Shown: piece after piece, positions 1 through 9,391 of the stretch | How positions within the stretch are numbered: position 1 is the first letter of the stretch | Layout: every line of letters begins with the position of its first letter | Position numbers and translations under genes: made by a program | The notes under the pieces: model-generated | Databases searched by the model: none | The model's input: only the letters and a program-made list of their open reading frames with translations | Told to the model about the DNA's origin: nothing | DNA from: an uncultured Gammaproteobacteria bacterium | Lineage (GTDB): Bacteria; Patescibacteriota; Patescibacteriia; Patescibacteriales; UBA12465 | Reading direction: 5' to 3' | DNA length: 64,000 nt | Assembly: GCA_964509735.1 (NCBI GenBank) | Contig: CAZDYJ010000002.1 | Span: 481 to 64,480 of the forward strand

Positions 1-602
1 TAAATTGCTACTCGAATAGCATTATAAACTACTAATAAACTAGTTAAAGCAAAAATAAGAATAATGAAAAAACCAACTTCTTTAATGCGGCGAGTAATGT
101 TGCTAATTTTTTCTAAAACAGTTGAGTTATCAGAAAAGTCACGCGACTCTATAATTGGGCTATCTAAAACTCTTAACTCATTAATGAGTAAATTAGATTC
201 CTCTAAATTACTCGGCGCAATAATTAAACTCGGAGACAAAGGATTTTTACCTAATTCTTTAAGAGCTGTTAAAACTTCTTGATTGTTTTGATATTTCAAA
301 CGAAAATCTTCCAAAGCTTGGGCGCGGGAAATATATGAAACTTCTTTAATTCTTGAATTTGCCTCTAAACTTTCTTTTAAGGCAATGATATCTCTGTCCG
401 GTGTTTCCGCTTTAATGTATAAGCTGATATCAATTTTTTCTCTGATGGCAGAAATTGCACTATCACTTATAACTTGAACTGTGATTAAGGTATTGATAGA
501 AAAAAGAGCTAAAAGCAAAATCGTAATCGTGACTATGCTCAGCCAAGCATTGCGAAAAATATCCTGTAAGCTAAATTTTATAATGCGATATAATGAAAGC
601 AT
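1..602 (-). CDS. ftsX: Cell division permease FtsX (5' part; runs off window edge)
   Basis: Not in ORF track. Hand translation from ATG 602: MLSLYRIIKFSLQDIFRNAWLSIVTITILLLALFSIN...ELGKNPLSPSLII...VVYNAIRVAI, typical FtsX motifs. Directly downstream of ftsE. Confidence 0.93.
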   Translation of the reverse strand, partial: MLSLYRIIKFSLQDIFRNAWLSIVTITILLLALFSINTLITVQVISDSAISAIREKIDISLYIKAETPDRDIIALKESLEANSRIKEVSYISRAQALEDFRLKYQNNQEVLTALKELGKNPLSPSLIIAPSNLEESNLLINELRVLDSPIIESRDFSDNSTVLEKISNITRRIKEVGFFIILIFALTSLLVVYNAIRVAI

Positions 603-626
603 ATCTTAATGATTATATTTAAAAAA

Positions 627-1304
627 TTAAAGAAGATATTTTCCCTTTTCCTTATCACTAACAACTCTTCCTCCGTCCATGGTAACCACTCGACGATTTA
701 AGCGATTAACAATTTCCTTGTTATGAGTAACAAGAACAACAGTTGTGCCGAAACGATTAATTCTTAAAAGTAATTCGATAATTTCATCAGCATTAATAGC
801 GTCTAAATTTCCAGTCGGCTCATCGGCTAAAAGAATTTTTGGCTGATGAACTAAAGCACGAGCTATAGCCGCTCTTTGTCTTTCACCGCCAGATACTTCA
901 TTTGGATAACGACCGCCTTTTCCCTCAAGACCAACAATTTTTAAAACACTAGGTACTATTTTTCTAATTTTTTCTCTTGAACCACCAGAAACTTCTAAAG
1001 CAAAGGAAATATTTTCCTCTAAAGTCTTTTTTGGTAAAAGTTTAAAGTCTTGAAAAATAACGCCAATTTGACGACGCAAAAAAGGCACCTCGCGACGAGA
1101 TAATTTGGTTATATCCCAGTCACCAACTATAACCTTTCCTTCGCCAACTCTTTCCTCGCCAATAAGTAAGCGAACTAAAGTAGTTTTTCCAGCTCCTGAT
1201 TGTCCGACAATAGAAACAAATTCTCCAGCCCGAATAGATAAATTAACTTCATCTAAAATTTTATTCTTGCCGTAAAATTTTGAAGCATTTTGAATGGAAA
1301 TCAT
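627..1304 (-). CDS. ftsE: Cell division ABC ATPase FtsE
   Basis: Walker A GQSGAGKTT, LRRQIGVIFQDFKLL, signature VSGGE, LADEPTGNLD; adjacent to ftsX. Confidence 0.95.
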   Translation of the reverse strand: MISIQNASKFYGKNKILDEVNLSIRAGEFVSIVGQSGAGKTTLVRLLIGEERVGEGKVIVGDWDITKLSRREVPFLRRQIGVIFQDFKLLPKKTLEENISFALEVSGGSREKIRKIVPSVLKIVGLEGKGGRYPNEVSGGERQRAAIARALVHQPKILLADEPTGNLDAINADEIIELLLRINRFGTTVVLVTHNKEIVNRLNRRVVTMDGGRVVSDKEKGKYLL

Positions 1305-1318
1305 ATAATAAAATTAAC

Positions 1319-3106
1319 TTAGAGATTTAAAAATTTTAATCCGTATCTAACTAATTTTTCATTTTCCGCGTCTCGATCAGCTTTAGTTTTTGAATTTAAA
1401 TTAACAACAATTAAATTTCCCTGTGGGCTTTCTACTTTTGTCATCAAACAATAACCCGCCTCATGCAGATAGCCAGTTTTTGAACCGGTTATTTTATAAG
1501 TATCTTTAACTAATAAATTATTAGTGTTTTTTAAATTATGAACTGACTGAGCGTTAATTGTTGTAAAAGAATAACTTGGTGTCGCACTTACTTTCATAAG
1601 TAAATCATCTTTTAATATTTCTCTGGCTATTATAGCATAGTCAGCCGGAGAACTCACATTATCAGGAGACAAACCAGTTGGCTCAACGAAGCGAGTATTT
1701 TTAGCTCCTAATTTAGTCGCATATTCATTCATGCGTTTAATAAACTCATCACGACTTAAGCCACTATTTCTCACTAAAGTTTCAACAGCATTATTAGCAG
1801 AGGCCATAACCGCGCTATAAAATAAATCACCAATTGTCATTGTGTCCCCTTCTTTAACTCTTAGCCTGGCTGATTCCCATGGTTCGCAATGTTCGTAATT
1901 ATAAGCCTCGTCTTGGTATTTATAAGTCACCACTTTTTTAAAATCTGGTTTTAAATCTAAAAAAACTTTAGCAAAAACTATCTTTGATAAACTAGCAATC
2001 GGCAAAACCTTTTCCGCCTCTTTAGAGAAAACTACACTACCATCTTTTTCGTTAATAATTATAGCGGCGCTAGCAGTTATTTCTGGTTTTAATTCTAAGT
2101 TAACTGCTTGAGCTGGCGCTTGACTTAAAGTATTTAAAGCTTCAACTCGAACATTTATAATTCCCGCCGAAGGAGAAGCTAGTTTTTCAAAAGCAACATA
2201 GTCTAAATCTATTACTCTGTCTGGATGAATTTTTCTATCTGGTCCATAATCATTTACAACCACATCAACAGACTTCCCGTTTGCTAAATTATAGACACGC
2301 AAAGTTGTTCCTTTAGGATAATCCGGTGAAGCCGCAAATAAACCATTTTTATATTTATACCAACTAGCTTTACCGGTACTCATTTTTCCCGGCTCGCTTA
2401 ACAAAATTAATTTTCCAGAAACAGAATTACTTTTAAAAGATAAATATCCTTCTTTAGCATTTTGAGTAGTATCTACCTGTGTCCAGGTTTTAGACGAAGC
2501 GTTAAAAGAAAAAACTTTTTTTAAATCATGATTATCACTTGGATAATAAACTCTTAACTCAAGAGGAAAGGCTGGATCATATAAACCATTCGTTGCAAAA
2601 GAATAACTAAAAACCGGACTTAAAGCTTCTAATTGCCAAGGTAAATTCTCAGCCTTATCTTCTAAATCAATATTTAAAATAGCATTAGCTGTAAATGCTC
2701 TGCTATCTCTTTCTATTTTTAAAGACGACTTATTAACTAAATTATTTAAATTTTTAAGTTCCCCGCTTTTTTCTTCTGACTTAGTATTTTTTTCTAAGCT
2801 AACAGTCGGAGCAGAAGAAATTCTAATTCCGTATAAAGAGCCACCTTCTTTTTTTACAACCCGAAAATATTTTATCTGATCCGGAGAGGGAATTTTTTCT
2901 ATTTTTTGTTCTACTTTAGGGGCTTGAGCAATTCTAATTCCATATAAAGTTCCACCCTCTTGTTTTACAACCCTGAAATATTTTATCTGATCAGCTGAGG
3001 GAATTTTTTCTATTGTCGCGGCTTTAACGGGAAGTGTTTGAAAAAATAAAAAGCCTACTAAGATCAGGCTAAATAATAATTTTTTGTTTAATTTATGTTT
3101 TTGCAT
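1319..3106 (-). CDS. Secreted fusion: tandem N-terminal repeats + RlpA-like DPBB domain + D-Ala-D-Ala carboxypeptidase/endopeptidase (peptidase S11)
   Basis: Signal peptide; GKASWY...VVVNDYGP...VIDLDYVAF (DPBB/RlpA); S11 motifs SLSK (SxxK), SAN (SxN), KTG. Confidence 0.88.
   Translation of the reverse strand: MQKHKLNKKLLFSLILVGFLFFQTLPVKAATIEKIPSADQIKYFRVVKQEGGTLYGIRIAQAPKVEQKIEKIPSPDQIKYFRVVKKEGGSLYGIRISSAPTVSLEKNTKSEEKSGELKNLNNLVNKSSLKIERDSRAFTANAILNIDLEDKAENLPWQLEALSPVFSYSFATNGLYDPAFPLELRVYYPSDNHDLKKVFSFNASSKTWTQVDTTQNAKEGYLSFKSNSVSGKLILLSEPGKMSTGKASWYKYKNGLFAASPDYPKGTTLRVYNLANGKSVDVVVNDYGPDRKIHPDRVIDLDYVAFEKLASPSAGIINVRVEALNTLSQAPAQAVNLELKPEITASAAIIINEKDGSVVFSKEAEKVLPIASLSKIVFAKVFLDLKPDFKKVVTYKYQDEAYNYEHCEPWESARLRVKEGDTMTIGDLFYSAVMASANNAVETLVRNSGLSRDEFIKRMNEYATKLGAKNTRFVEPTGLSPDNVSSPADYAIIAREILKDDLLMKVSATPSYSFTTINAQSVHNLKNTNNLLVKDTYKITGSKTGYLHEAGYCLMTKVESPQGNLIVVNLNSKTKADRDAENEKLVRYGLKFLNL
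2821..3013 (-). repeat. Two in-frame ~83-bp direct repeats encoding IEKIPSxDQIKYFRVVKxEGGxLYGIRI
   Basis: Copies at about 2821-2902 and 2931-3013, visible at DNA and protein level. Confidence 0.9.
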
Positions 3107-3111
3107 TTTAA

Positions 3112-3141
3112 TTGACTTTATTTTTGTATTGGTTTTATAAT
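3112..3141 (+). promoter_or_regulatory. Sigma70-type promoter for tRNA-Thr
   Basis: TTGACT-N18-TATAAT ending 11 nt before the tRNA. Confidence 0.7.
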
Positions 3142-3152
3142 TTAAGGGAAAG

Positions 3153-3225
3153 GCCCTCTTAGCTCAATTGGTAGAGCAACGGTATCGTAAATCGTAGGTT
3201 GCCGGTTCAATTCCGGCAGAGGGCT
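3153..3225 (+). tRNA. tRNA-Thr(CGT), CCA not encoded
   Basis: Cloverleaf: GCCCTCT/AGAGGGC acceptor, GCTC/GAGC D arm, ACGGT-ATCGTAA-ATCGT anticodon arm, GCCGG-TTCAATT-CCGGC T arm. Confidence 0.95.
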
Positions 3226-3316
3226 CATATTTTTAAAACTAAACTTATATTTTTAAAACTAAACTCGTATTTTAAACTGGAATCATGTTTTAAGTTAAGC
3301 TCATATTTTAAGATCA
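3224..3316. repeat. Degenerate 17-20-bp tandem repeat (about 5 units) beginning at the tRNA 3' end
   Basis: ctcatatttttaaaactaaa / cttatatttttaaaactaaa / ctcgtattttaaactggaa / tcatgttttaagttaag / ctcatattttaagatc. Confidence 0.75.
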
Positions 3317-3397
3317 TTAATCTTCTTAAATTCGCCAGCTTATATTTCAAACATCACTGAGTTAACATTTTAAAAAAACTTCCATTTCTCCATCTTT

Positions 3398-3832
3398 CTA
3401 ATTAAAAAAATAGTTCAACCATTTTTTAATATTCTTTTCATTTTTTAAATCAGTGTTTTTGCTTTCTAAGTCGCTAGTTTTATTAATCGTTTCAATAACA
3501 ACTACGCCCTCGCCTGGTTTTTTCATATTTAAACTTAAACGAGCTTGCTCCTCGGCTGCCTCAGGAGAAGAAAGATAATTTAAAAAGTCCTGAAGCTCAT
3601 TGCTTTCTTTTTCATATTCGGCAATTTTATTTTTCATTTCCGCAATTTCTTTTTCCACCACTAAACGTCGGCTATAAGATTTAGCCAAAGGAAAAAATAA
3701 TAAAATCAAAATACCCAAAGCGATAAGCGCGATGAATTTTTGATTTGAAAAAAGGCGGATAAAAAAATTTTCCGACTCATCTACACCCAAAGGCAAAGAA
3801 CGGGTGCCATGTAGGACATCTTTCTTTTTCAT
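3398..3832 (-). CDS. Septum formation initiator (FtsB/DivIC family)
   Basis: Single TM helix, coiled coil, EEQARLSLNMKKPGEGVVVI. Start moved from 3868 to 3832 because the upstream frame reads through a TGnTATAAT promoter. Confidence 0.85.
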   Translation of the reverse strand: MKKKDVLHGTRSLPLGVDESENFFIRLFSNQKFIALIALGILILLFFPLAKSYSRRLVVEKEIAEMKNKIAEYEKESNELQDFLNYLSSPEAAEEQARLSLNMKKPGEGVVVIETINKTSDLESKNTDLKNEKNIKKWLNYFFN

Positions 3833-3908
3833 TTTTTTATTATAGCACAATTTTAAAAGACTATTCAATTTATCTTTGTCTTAAAAAATAATTAAAATGC
3901 TAGATTTT

Positions 3909-5498
3909 TTAGCGCGATTTTGGAGTTACCCAGAACCCCATATATTTTCCAAACATTAAACGAATTTGTGCTTCTAAACAAGGAATAGAACCAAAAACAA
4001 CAATCGTTATTGGAATAGCTACCCAGGAAAGAGTAAGCCATAGCTTTTTAAATGGTTTGTTCTTCGGTTTTCTTGGCATTAGAAAATAAGAGATAACGGC
4101 TGACAAAACTAAACCAATCATGGCGATACTCATCAATCTTTGAGTAATAAAAGGTAAATTACCTGATAAAACAGTAGCATTAAAACGATCACCACCTAAA
4201 AGCATGGGCAGCCAACCAATCACACCAATAATCAAAGCATTTGTCGCCCAAGCATGAAAACCATAAACTTGAATAAAAATGTGTTCTAATATTTTTCCCT
4301 TAGCTAAATTTTTATTTTTCCAGCGCTTACTAGCGTTAAAAATTAAATAAGGAATATTTTCTCCGCCCCAAGCCCAGCGTCTTTGTTGTTTATAAAGATT
4401 TAAAGCTGTTCTCCAAAAACCTTTATCACTGGTTACATCCATAGACACCTTAAAATAAATCGGTTCAACGCGGTAATGACCATCATAATGCATAAAGCAA
4501 TGCCAAAAAATTCTCGAATCTTCAGACACATTTTTTGTCCCCCAAAAACCAATCTCATTTAGAGCTTTAAAAGTCATAGAATGAGAAGAATAGGTAACTA
4601 AACTCTCATGACGAGTCTGCATAATCATTTGCCAGAAAGTATTAGAAGAAGCGGCAATAACTGCAAAAAAAGGTGAGTCCCAGATGTTGTTATGATAAAC
4701 CGGCACCGGCTGATAACTACAGCGATAAGGGTCTTCGACTGTTAAAAATTTATAAGTTAAGGCCCAAAAATAACCAGGATCAACTACTGTATCAATATCA
4801 AAAACGCTAACTAATATTTTATCATAATCTAAATTATGAGCATCAATAACTTCTTTTTTTATTTGAGCGGCACACCAAGCCTGATTAGCTCCCTTGCCTT
4901 TTAATTCACCAGAAATACCATCCGGATGGAAAGTGCTAAAAAAATAACCAAAACGATGAGCGTATCTTTGAGAAATTACTTCCGCCTTTCTTCTTACCTC
5001 AGCTAAGCCCGCTCTTTCCTCATAAGCTAAGCCGATAATCATTTTCTCTGGCGGAAAACCGTCCTTTAAAATAGATTCTAAACATTCAGAAATTATCTCT
5101 TCACTCTCTTGATAATTCGGTAAAATAATTAAATGATAAAGATCTGAGTGTTTAAGATTTTGACGACATAAAGCGGTTTCAGGCATTTTCTTATCAAATG
5201 AAGCTTTTTCTAAATTAAAACACTCTTCCTGCCAGTTAATTCTTGAGCCTTGCTTAAGGCGAAAAAAAGAATTTATTAAAAAAATAGCCAAATAAATAAC
5301 TAAAAGAAGCCAATAAACACTAAAAGCAATGATAATATAAGCTACTAAAGTCGGCTTAAAATATGACCAAACAACTAATAAAACTAGAGTTAAAATAGAA
5401 AAAGCACCTGGTAAAACCTCTAAGAAACGATAAAAACGCCGATCTTTGCCCTCTAAATCGGTCGCTTTGCCTATTTTTAAGTAATTTAATTCACTCAT
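3909..5498 (-). CDS. Membrane glycosyltransferase family 2 (processive, cellulose-synthase-like)
   Basis: KGKGAN, FDID, SED and QQRRWAWG (QxxRW) motifs; TM helices at both ends. Confidence 0.88.
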   Translation of the reverse strand: MSELNYLKIGKATDLEGKDRRFYRFLEVLPGAFSILTLVLLVVWSYFKPTLVAYIIIAFSVYWLLLVIYLAIFLINSFFRLKQGSRINWQEECFNLEKASFDKKMPETALCRQNLKHSDLYHLIILPNYQESEEIISECLESILKDGFPPEKMIIGLAYEERAGLAEVRRKAEVISQRYAHRFGYFFSTFHPDGISGELKGKGANQAWCAAQIKKEVIDAHNLDYDKILVSVFDIDTVVDPGYFWALTYKFLTVEDPYRCSYQPVPVYHNNIWDSPFFAVIAASSNTFWQMIMQTRHESLVTYSSHSMTFKALNEIGFWGTKNVSEDSRIFWHCFMHYDGHYRVEPIYFKVSMDVTSDKGFWRTALNLYKQQRRWAWGGENIPYLIFNASKRWKNKNLAKGKILEHIFIQVYGFHAWATNALIIGVIGWLPMLLGGDRFNATVLSGNLPFITQRLMSIAMIGLVLSAVISYFLMPRKPKNKPFKKLWLTLSWVAIPITIVVFGSIPCLEAQIRLMFGKYMGFWVTPKSR

Positions 5499-5513
5499 AA
5501 AAGAAATAGTTAT

Positions 5514-6095
5514 CTATATCACGTTCTTTCTTTTTAAAGCAAAAAAGCATTTAGCGCAAGCCTTTACATCAACTAAGGCATCATGGGCATCTTCAAAGTC
5601 AATTGCAAAAAGACATTTATGAAGCTCTGATAAATTAGGCCATTTATAAGTTCCTCGGGCATTTCTTATTTTACAAAAATTAGCCGAGCTTTTCATGGTG
5701 CAAATTTTTTCCATATTCTGCATTTCTTCTAAATCATTTTTAAGTCCTAATCTTAAAAATTCTGAACCAATAATTTTTTCATCGAAATTTATATTATGAG
5801 CCACTAAAGTAGCGGAAGTTTTTAGGTCTTCAGAAAATTTAGCCAAAGCCTCTTCTAAAGGAATGCCTTCAGCCTCGGCTCTTTCCTGGCTAACACGATG
5901 GATTTTAGCGACTTCCTCGGGAATAGTAAAACCATTTGGTTTAATTATAAACGTTTTTGAACCCCAGTGATTTCCCTCAGCGTCAAATAATGACCAAGCA
6001 ATTTGAACTAAACGCGGCCAATTTAAAAAATCATCAAGTGGTGCTTGATAATTTTTTGGCAAGCCAGTAGTTTCTGTGTCAAAAAATAAATACAT
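5514..6095 (-). CDS. DEDDh 3'-5' exonuclease (DnaQ-like)
   Basis: FFDTETTG, AHNINFD, AHDALVDV. Confidence 0.92.
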   Translation of the reverse strand: MYLFFDTETTGLPKNYQAPLDDFLNWPRLVQIAWSLFDAEGNHWGSKTFIIKPNGFTIPEEVAKIHRVSQERAEAEGIPLEEALAKFSEDLKTSATLVAHNINFDEKIIGSEFLRLGLKNDLEEMQNMEKICTMKSSANFCKIRNARGTYKWPNLSELHKCLFAIDFEDAHDALVDVKACAKCFFALKRKNVI

Positions 6096-6101
6096 AATAA
6101 T

Positions 6102-8189
6102 TTAATTATCAAAAGAAACTTCCTCACCTTCAGACAGCTTTTTTTCTCCTGCTCCAGAAGAAGAATTGCTAAACTGATTATTGCTTTGGTTATCTTTAGG
6201 GTTATTAAAAGTTTTTGTATTACTCGGACGCCCCTTAAAATCAACCGGTGATAAATTTTTTAAATCTGACAGAGATATCCAAGGACCTTCATCATTTTTT
6301 TCCAAACTAGCATCATTTCCGCCAAGATATTCTTTTTCTTTAATAATCGTGTTTAATTCCTGTTGTTTCTGAGTTTTTCTTTGCTCTTGTTCTAAACGTT
6401 TTTCCTCTCTTTTTTTACTTAAACAATCTTTGCAGAAAACCGGCCTAATACCATCTGGCACAAAAACAGTTCGCGTTATTTGTCCGCAAGAAGAGCACTG
6501 TGTTTCGTGTCCAGATTTTTCTTCAGAAAAAGATGGGGTTTTTATTTTAGGAGCCGGACTTTCTTGTCTTATCTGACTTTCTTGTCTTACCTGTCTTTTT
6601 TGTCTTAGCGGGTTTTCTTGTCTTACCTGTCTTTCTTGACCTCCTTGACTTTCTTTTTCTGTCCGATTTACTTGGTTTACTTGGCTTCCTTGGCTTATCT
6701 GGTTATCTGCGGAAAAACTATTTACAGGTTTCTGGTTATATTCTTCTTTAGAAAAATTATTAGGCTGCCTTTCTTGATATTCTTCTTTTTTGGTAAAAGA
6801 ATTTACTTTATTATAAGGAGCTGTCGGCCTAAAACCCTCTTGTTTATAATTTTTAGTAGAAACATTATTAGCAATAAAAGTTGTTTCTCTTTGTGTTAGA
6901 ACTTCATCATCGTCTGCATTTTCATGCCATTTCATAATTCTTTCTTCAACTGAATTTTTTTCACTAGCATACTGCTCTCTAGAATAATCAACTACCTGAC
7001 TAACATTATCAGTTTTTTCGTCTTCACGTAAAGGTGCCAAACCTTTAGCGGAAAATGGAGCAGAAGAAATACCGTCAATCATTAACTTTAAATACATTTC
7101 GTACTTAGGTAAATTAACAATATCTTCTTCGGTAAAAGTCGGAGTAAATTCTTTAACTAATTCCTCTGCGTCAGCAGCCCCAACGCGAAACACAACCATA
7201 GTGCCAACGTTACCAAAAACAGCTGGCTTAACTTTTTCGCTAAGCTGCTCTATGTATTGATGAGCTAGAATTAAATTTAATCGGTACTTTCTGGCTTCTG
7301 ATAAAATATTAGCAAAGGAGTCGGTCGAGAAATTTTGAAACTCATCGATATATAAATAAAAATCTTTTCTATCTTTTTCTAAAATATCAACTCGACTCAT
7401 AGCCGCTAACTGAATTTTAGTAATCATCATCGCTCCTAACAATGCCGAATTATCCTCACCAATTCTACCCTTAGAAAGATTCATGATTAAAATTTTACCA
7501 CTATCCATTACTTCGCGAAGGTCAATCGAAGATTTAACTTGACCAATAATATTACGCATTAAGGAACTTGATAAAAATTGTCCTACCTTATTTTGAATCG
7601 GTGAAACAGCCTCAGAAGCAAATTTATCAGCATAACCAGCAAACTCTTTCTCCCAAAAAGCTTTAACAACTGGGTCTTTAATATTAGCTACCACTCTTTT
7701 GCGATAATTTTTATCAGACAACATTCTAACCACGCCTAAAATAGTTGATCCGGGAAAATCAAGAATAGCTAAAATAGCATTACGTAAAATATATTCCAAA
7801 CGAGGCCCCCAAGAATCAGCCCAAAGTTTTTGAAAAACCCCAATTAAACCAGAAGCGACTAAATGTCTTAAATGTGGTTCAACTTGTTCAACAATATTAA
7901 AAGCAATCGGATAGTCCATATCCGAAGGATTAAAATAAATAACATCTTTTATTCTCTCGGTAGGAACGTATTCAATAATTTTCTCAGCTAAGTCGCCATG
8001 AGGGTCAACAACGGCCACGCCATAACCAGCTCTAATATCGTTTACAATCATGTTTTCTAAAACCGTGGACTTACCCATACCGGTTTTTCCAATCAGATAC
8101 ATATGACGACGTCTATCGTCGGTTTTTATGCCGAAACGACGAGCTTCATTACGAAAAGTTGTTTGTGCAAAGACAGCAATCTCTCCCAT
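6102..8189 (-). CDS. VirD4/TraD/HerA-like coupling ATPase with low-complexity linker and CxxC-x17-CxxC zinc ribbon
   Basis: HMYLIGKTGMGKST, VDPHGDL, LYIDEFQNF, SEARKYRL, AHQYIEQL; CSSC-x17-CKDC near the C-terminus. Confidence 0.88.
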   Translation of the reverse strand: MGEIAVFAQTTFRNEARRFGIKTDDRRRHMYLIGKTGMGKSTVLENMIVNDIRAGYGVAVVDPHGDLAEKIIEYVPTERIKDVIYFNPSDMDYPIAFNIVEQVEPHLRHLVASGLIGVFQKLWADSWGPRLEYILRNAILAILDFPGSTILGVVRMLSDKNYRKRVVANIKDPVVKAFWEKEFAGYADKFASEAVSPIQNKVGQFLSSSLMRNIIGQVKSSIDLREVMDSGKILIMNLSKGRIGEDNSALLGAMMITKIQLAAMSRVDILEKDRKDFYLYIDEFQNFSTDSFANILSEARKYRLNLILAHQYIEQLSEKVKPAVFGNVGTMVVFRVGAADAEELVKEFTPTFTEEDIVNLPKYEMYLKLMIDGISSAPFSAKGLAPLREDEKTDNVSQVVDYSREQYASEKNSVEERIMKWHENADDDEVLTQRETTFIANNVSTKNYKQEGFRPTAPYNKVNSFTKKEEYQERQPNNFSKEEYNQKPVNSFSADNQISQGSQVNQVNRTEKESQGGQERQVRQENPLRQKRQVRQESQIRQESPAPKIKTPSFSEEKSGHETQCSSCGQITRTVFVPDGIRPVFCKDCLSKKREEKRLEQEQRKTQKQQELNTIIKEKEYLGGNDASLEKNDEGPWISLSDLKNLSPVDFKGRPSNTKTFNNPKDNQSNNQFSNSSSGAGEKKLSEGEEVSFDN
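6559..6640 (-). repeat. 18-bp in-frame tandem repeat (RQ-rich linker)
   Basis: Units like ttcttgtcttacctgtct; protein QERQVRQENPLRQKRQVRQESQIRQE. Confidence 0.75.
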
Positions 8190-8209
8190 GTTTTTAAAAA
8201 TTAATAAGC

Positions 8210-8617
8210 TTATCTAAAATTATTTCTCTGCTCGACTATTTGATTAACTTGGTCCTGATAAACGCTAATCGTATCTTGCAGATAATCAAAAACAAAGTTA
8301 AAAGATAAAAAGCCAAGAATAACTATTAAAATAAAAAATGTCCATTTAATAGCCGCAAAAATTCGACGCATTTTTACATACCTTTGAACGTAAGAGCTTA
8401 GTTTTTTTATTTCCAGGCTTAATTCTAAATTCTGTTTTTGTAAATTCAAAATCTCCCGAGATATAGCTAATATTTTTTCAGGATTTTTCTTTTCTTCATC
8501 GTTCCTTTTTTGAGAAGAATTTTCTATCGAAGATAATAAAAAATCCGCTGAAGATGTTTTTGTTTTTTTCAAATCTTCTTTTTTTTGAAAAATTTCAGCC
8601 TCTTTTTTATCTTTCAT
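8210..8617 (-). CDS. Hypothetical membrane protein (coiled coil + one TM)
   Basis: Clean ORF with tight spacing between nrdG and the coupling ATPase; one hydrophobic helix. Confidence 0.75.
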   Translation of the reverse strand: MKDKKEAEIFQKKEDLKKTKTSSADFLLSSIENSSQKRNDEEKKNPEKILAISREILNLQKQNLELSLEIKKLSSYVQRYVKMRRIFAAIKWTFFILIVILGFLSFNFVFDYLQDTISVYQDQVNQIVEQRNNFR

Positions 8618-8638
8618 ATTCTTAAAATTATAAAACCA

Positions 8639-9358
8639 TTAATCACCTCTTAATTCGCATAAATCAACATAAGCCGAGGCAATTTTTACAAACTCCTGCA
8701 TTTCCTCTCTGGTAAAAGCTTTTTTACCGCCAAATTTAGGGTCGACTAAATTAGTATCCGACTTAAAAAATTGCAAATACCATTTACTTGCTCCTTTTAT
8801 AAATTCTCCCATGGCTTTAAAATCGGACTTTTCTAGTAAACCTGGTACAACTGTAGTTCTAAACTCATAAGGGAGTCCACTTGATTTTATAATTTTAACA
8901 CTTTTCTTTAAATTATTAAAGCTTGTCTTTACTCCGACCACCTCTTCGTATTTTTCTAAAGAGGCTTTTATATCCATAGCAATATAATCGATTAATTTTT
9001 CATCGATTAATTCTTGAAGCATTTTTGGATTTGTTCCATTAGAATCTAACTTTACCTTATAACCAATTTTTTTTATCTGCCTAATAAAGTCAGGTAAGTC
9101 GGCGTGCAAAGTTGGTTCTCCACCAGTTATAACCACTCCTTCTAATTTGCCGAAACGTTCTTTTAAGAATAAAAGAAGGTCTTCGTCTTTAAGACCAAGA
9201 CCTTCTTTATTTTCCACGCCCGCACCCTGATTGGGCCAGACAAGCAAAGGGTTATAGCAAAAGTGGCAACGAAAATTACAACCGGAAGTAAATATAATTG
9301 CTGCCAAATGGTCGGGATAATCAATTAAGCTAAGTTTTTCTAAGCCACCAATAATCAT
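8639..9358 (-). CDS. nrdG: Anaerobic ribonucleotide reductase activating enzyme (radical SAM)
   Basis: IGGLEKLSLIDYP, GCNFRCHFCYNP, GVVITGGEPT, KLDSNG, YEFRTT; beside nrdD. Confidence 0.93.
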   Translation of the reverse strand: MIIGGLEKLSLIDYPDHLAAIIFTSGCNFRCHFCYNPLLVWPNQGAGVENKEGLGLKDEDLLLFLKERFGKLEGVVITGGEPTLHADLPDFIRQIKKIGYKVKLDSNGTNPKMLQELIDEKLIDYIAMDIKASLEKYEEVVGVKTSFNNLKKSVKIIKSSGLPYEFRTTVVPGLLEKSDFKAMGEFIKGASKWYLQFFKSDTNLVDPKFGGKKAFTREEMQEFVKIASAYVDLCELRGD

Positions 9359-9391
9359 AAATATCTGCCGCTAAACGACCACTATTTCAAA

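Noticed and set aside
3224-3316. tRNA-associated att site or integrated element
   Set aside because: No integrase, and I saw no second copy of the tRNA 3' end in the window; flanks are housekeeping genes.
6102-8189. Conjugative element (ICE) around the VirD4-like gene
   Set aside because: No relaxase, integrase, VirB4 or boundary repeats; embedded among core genes.
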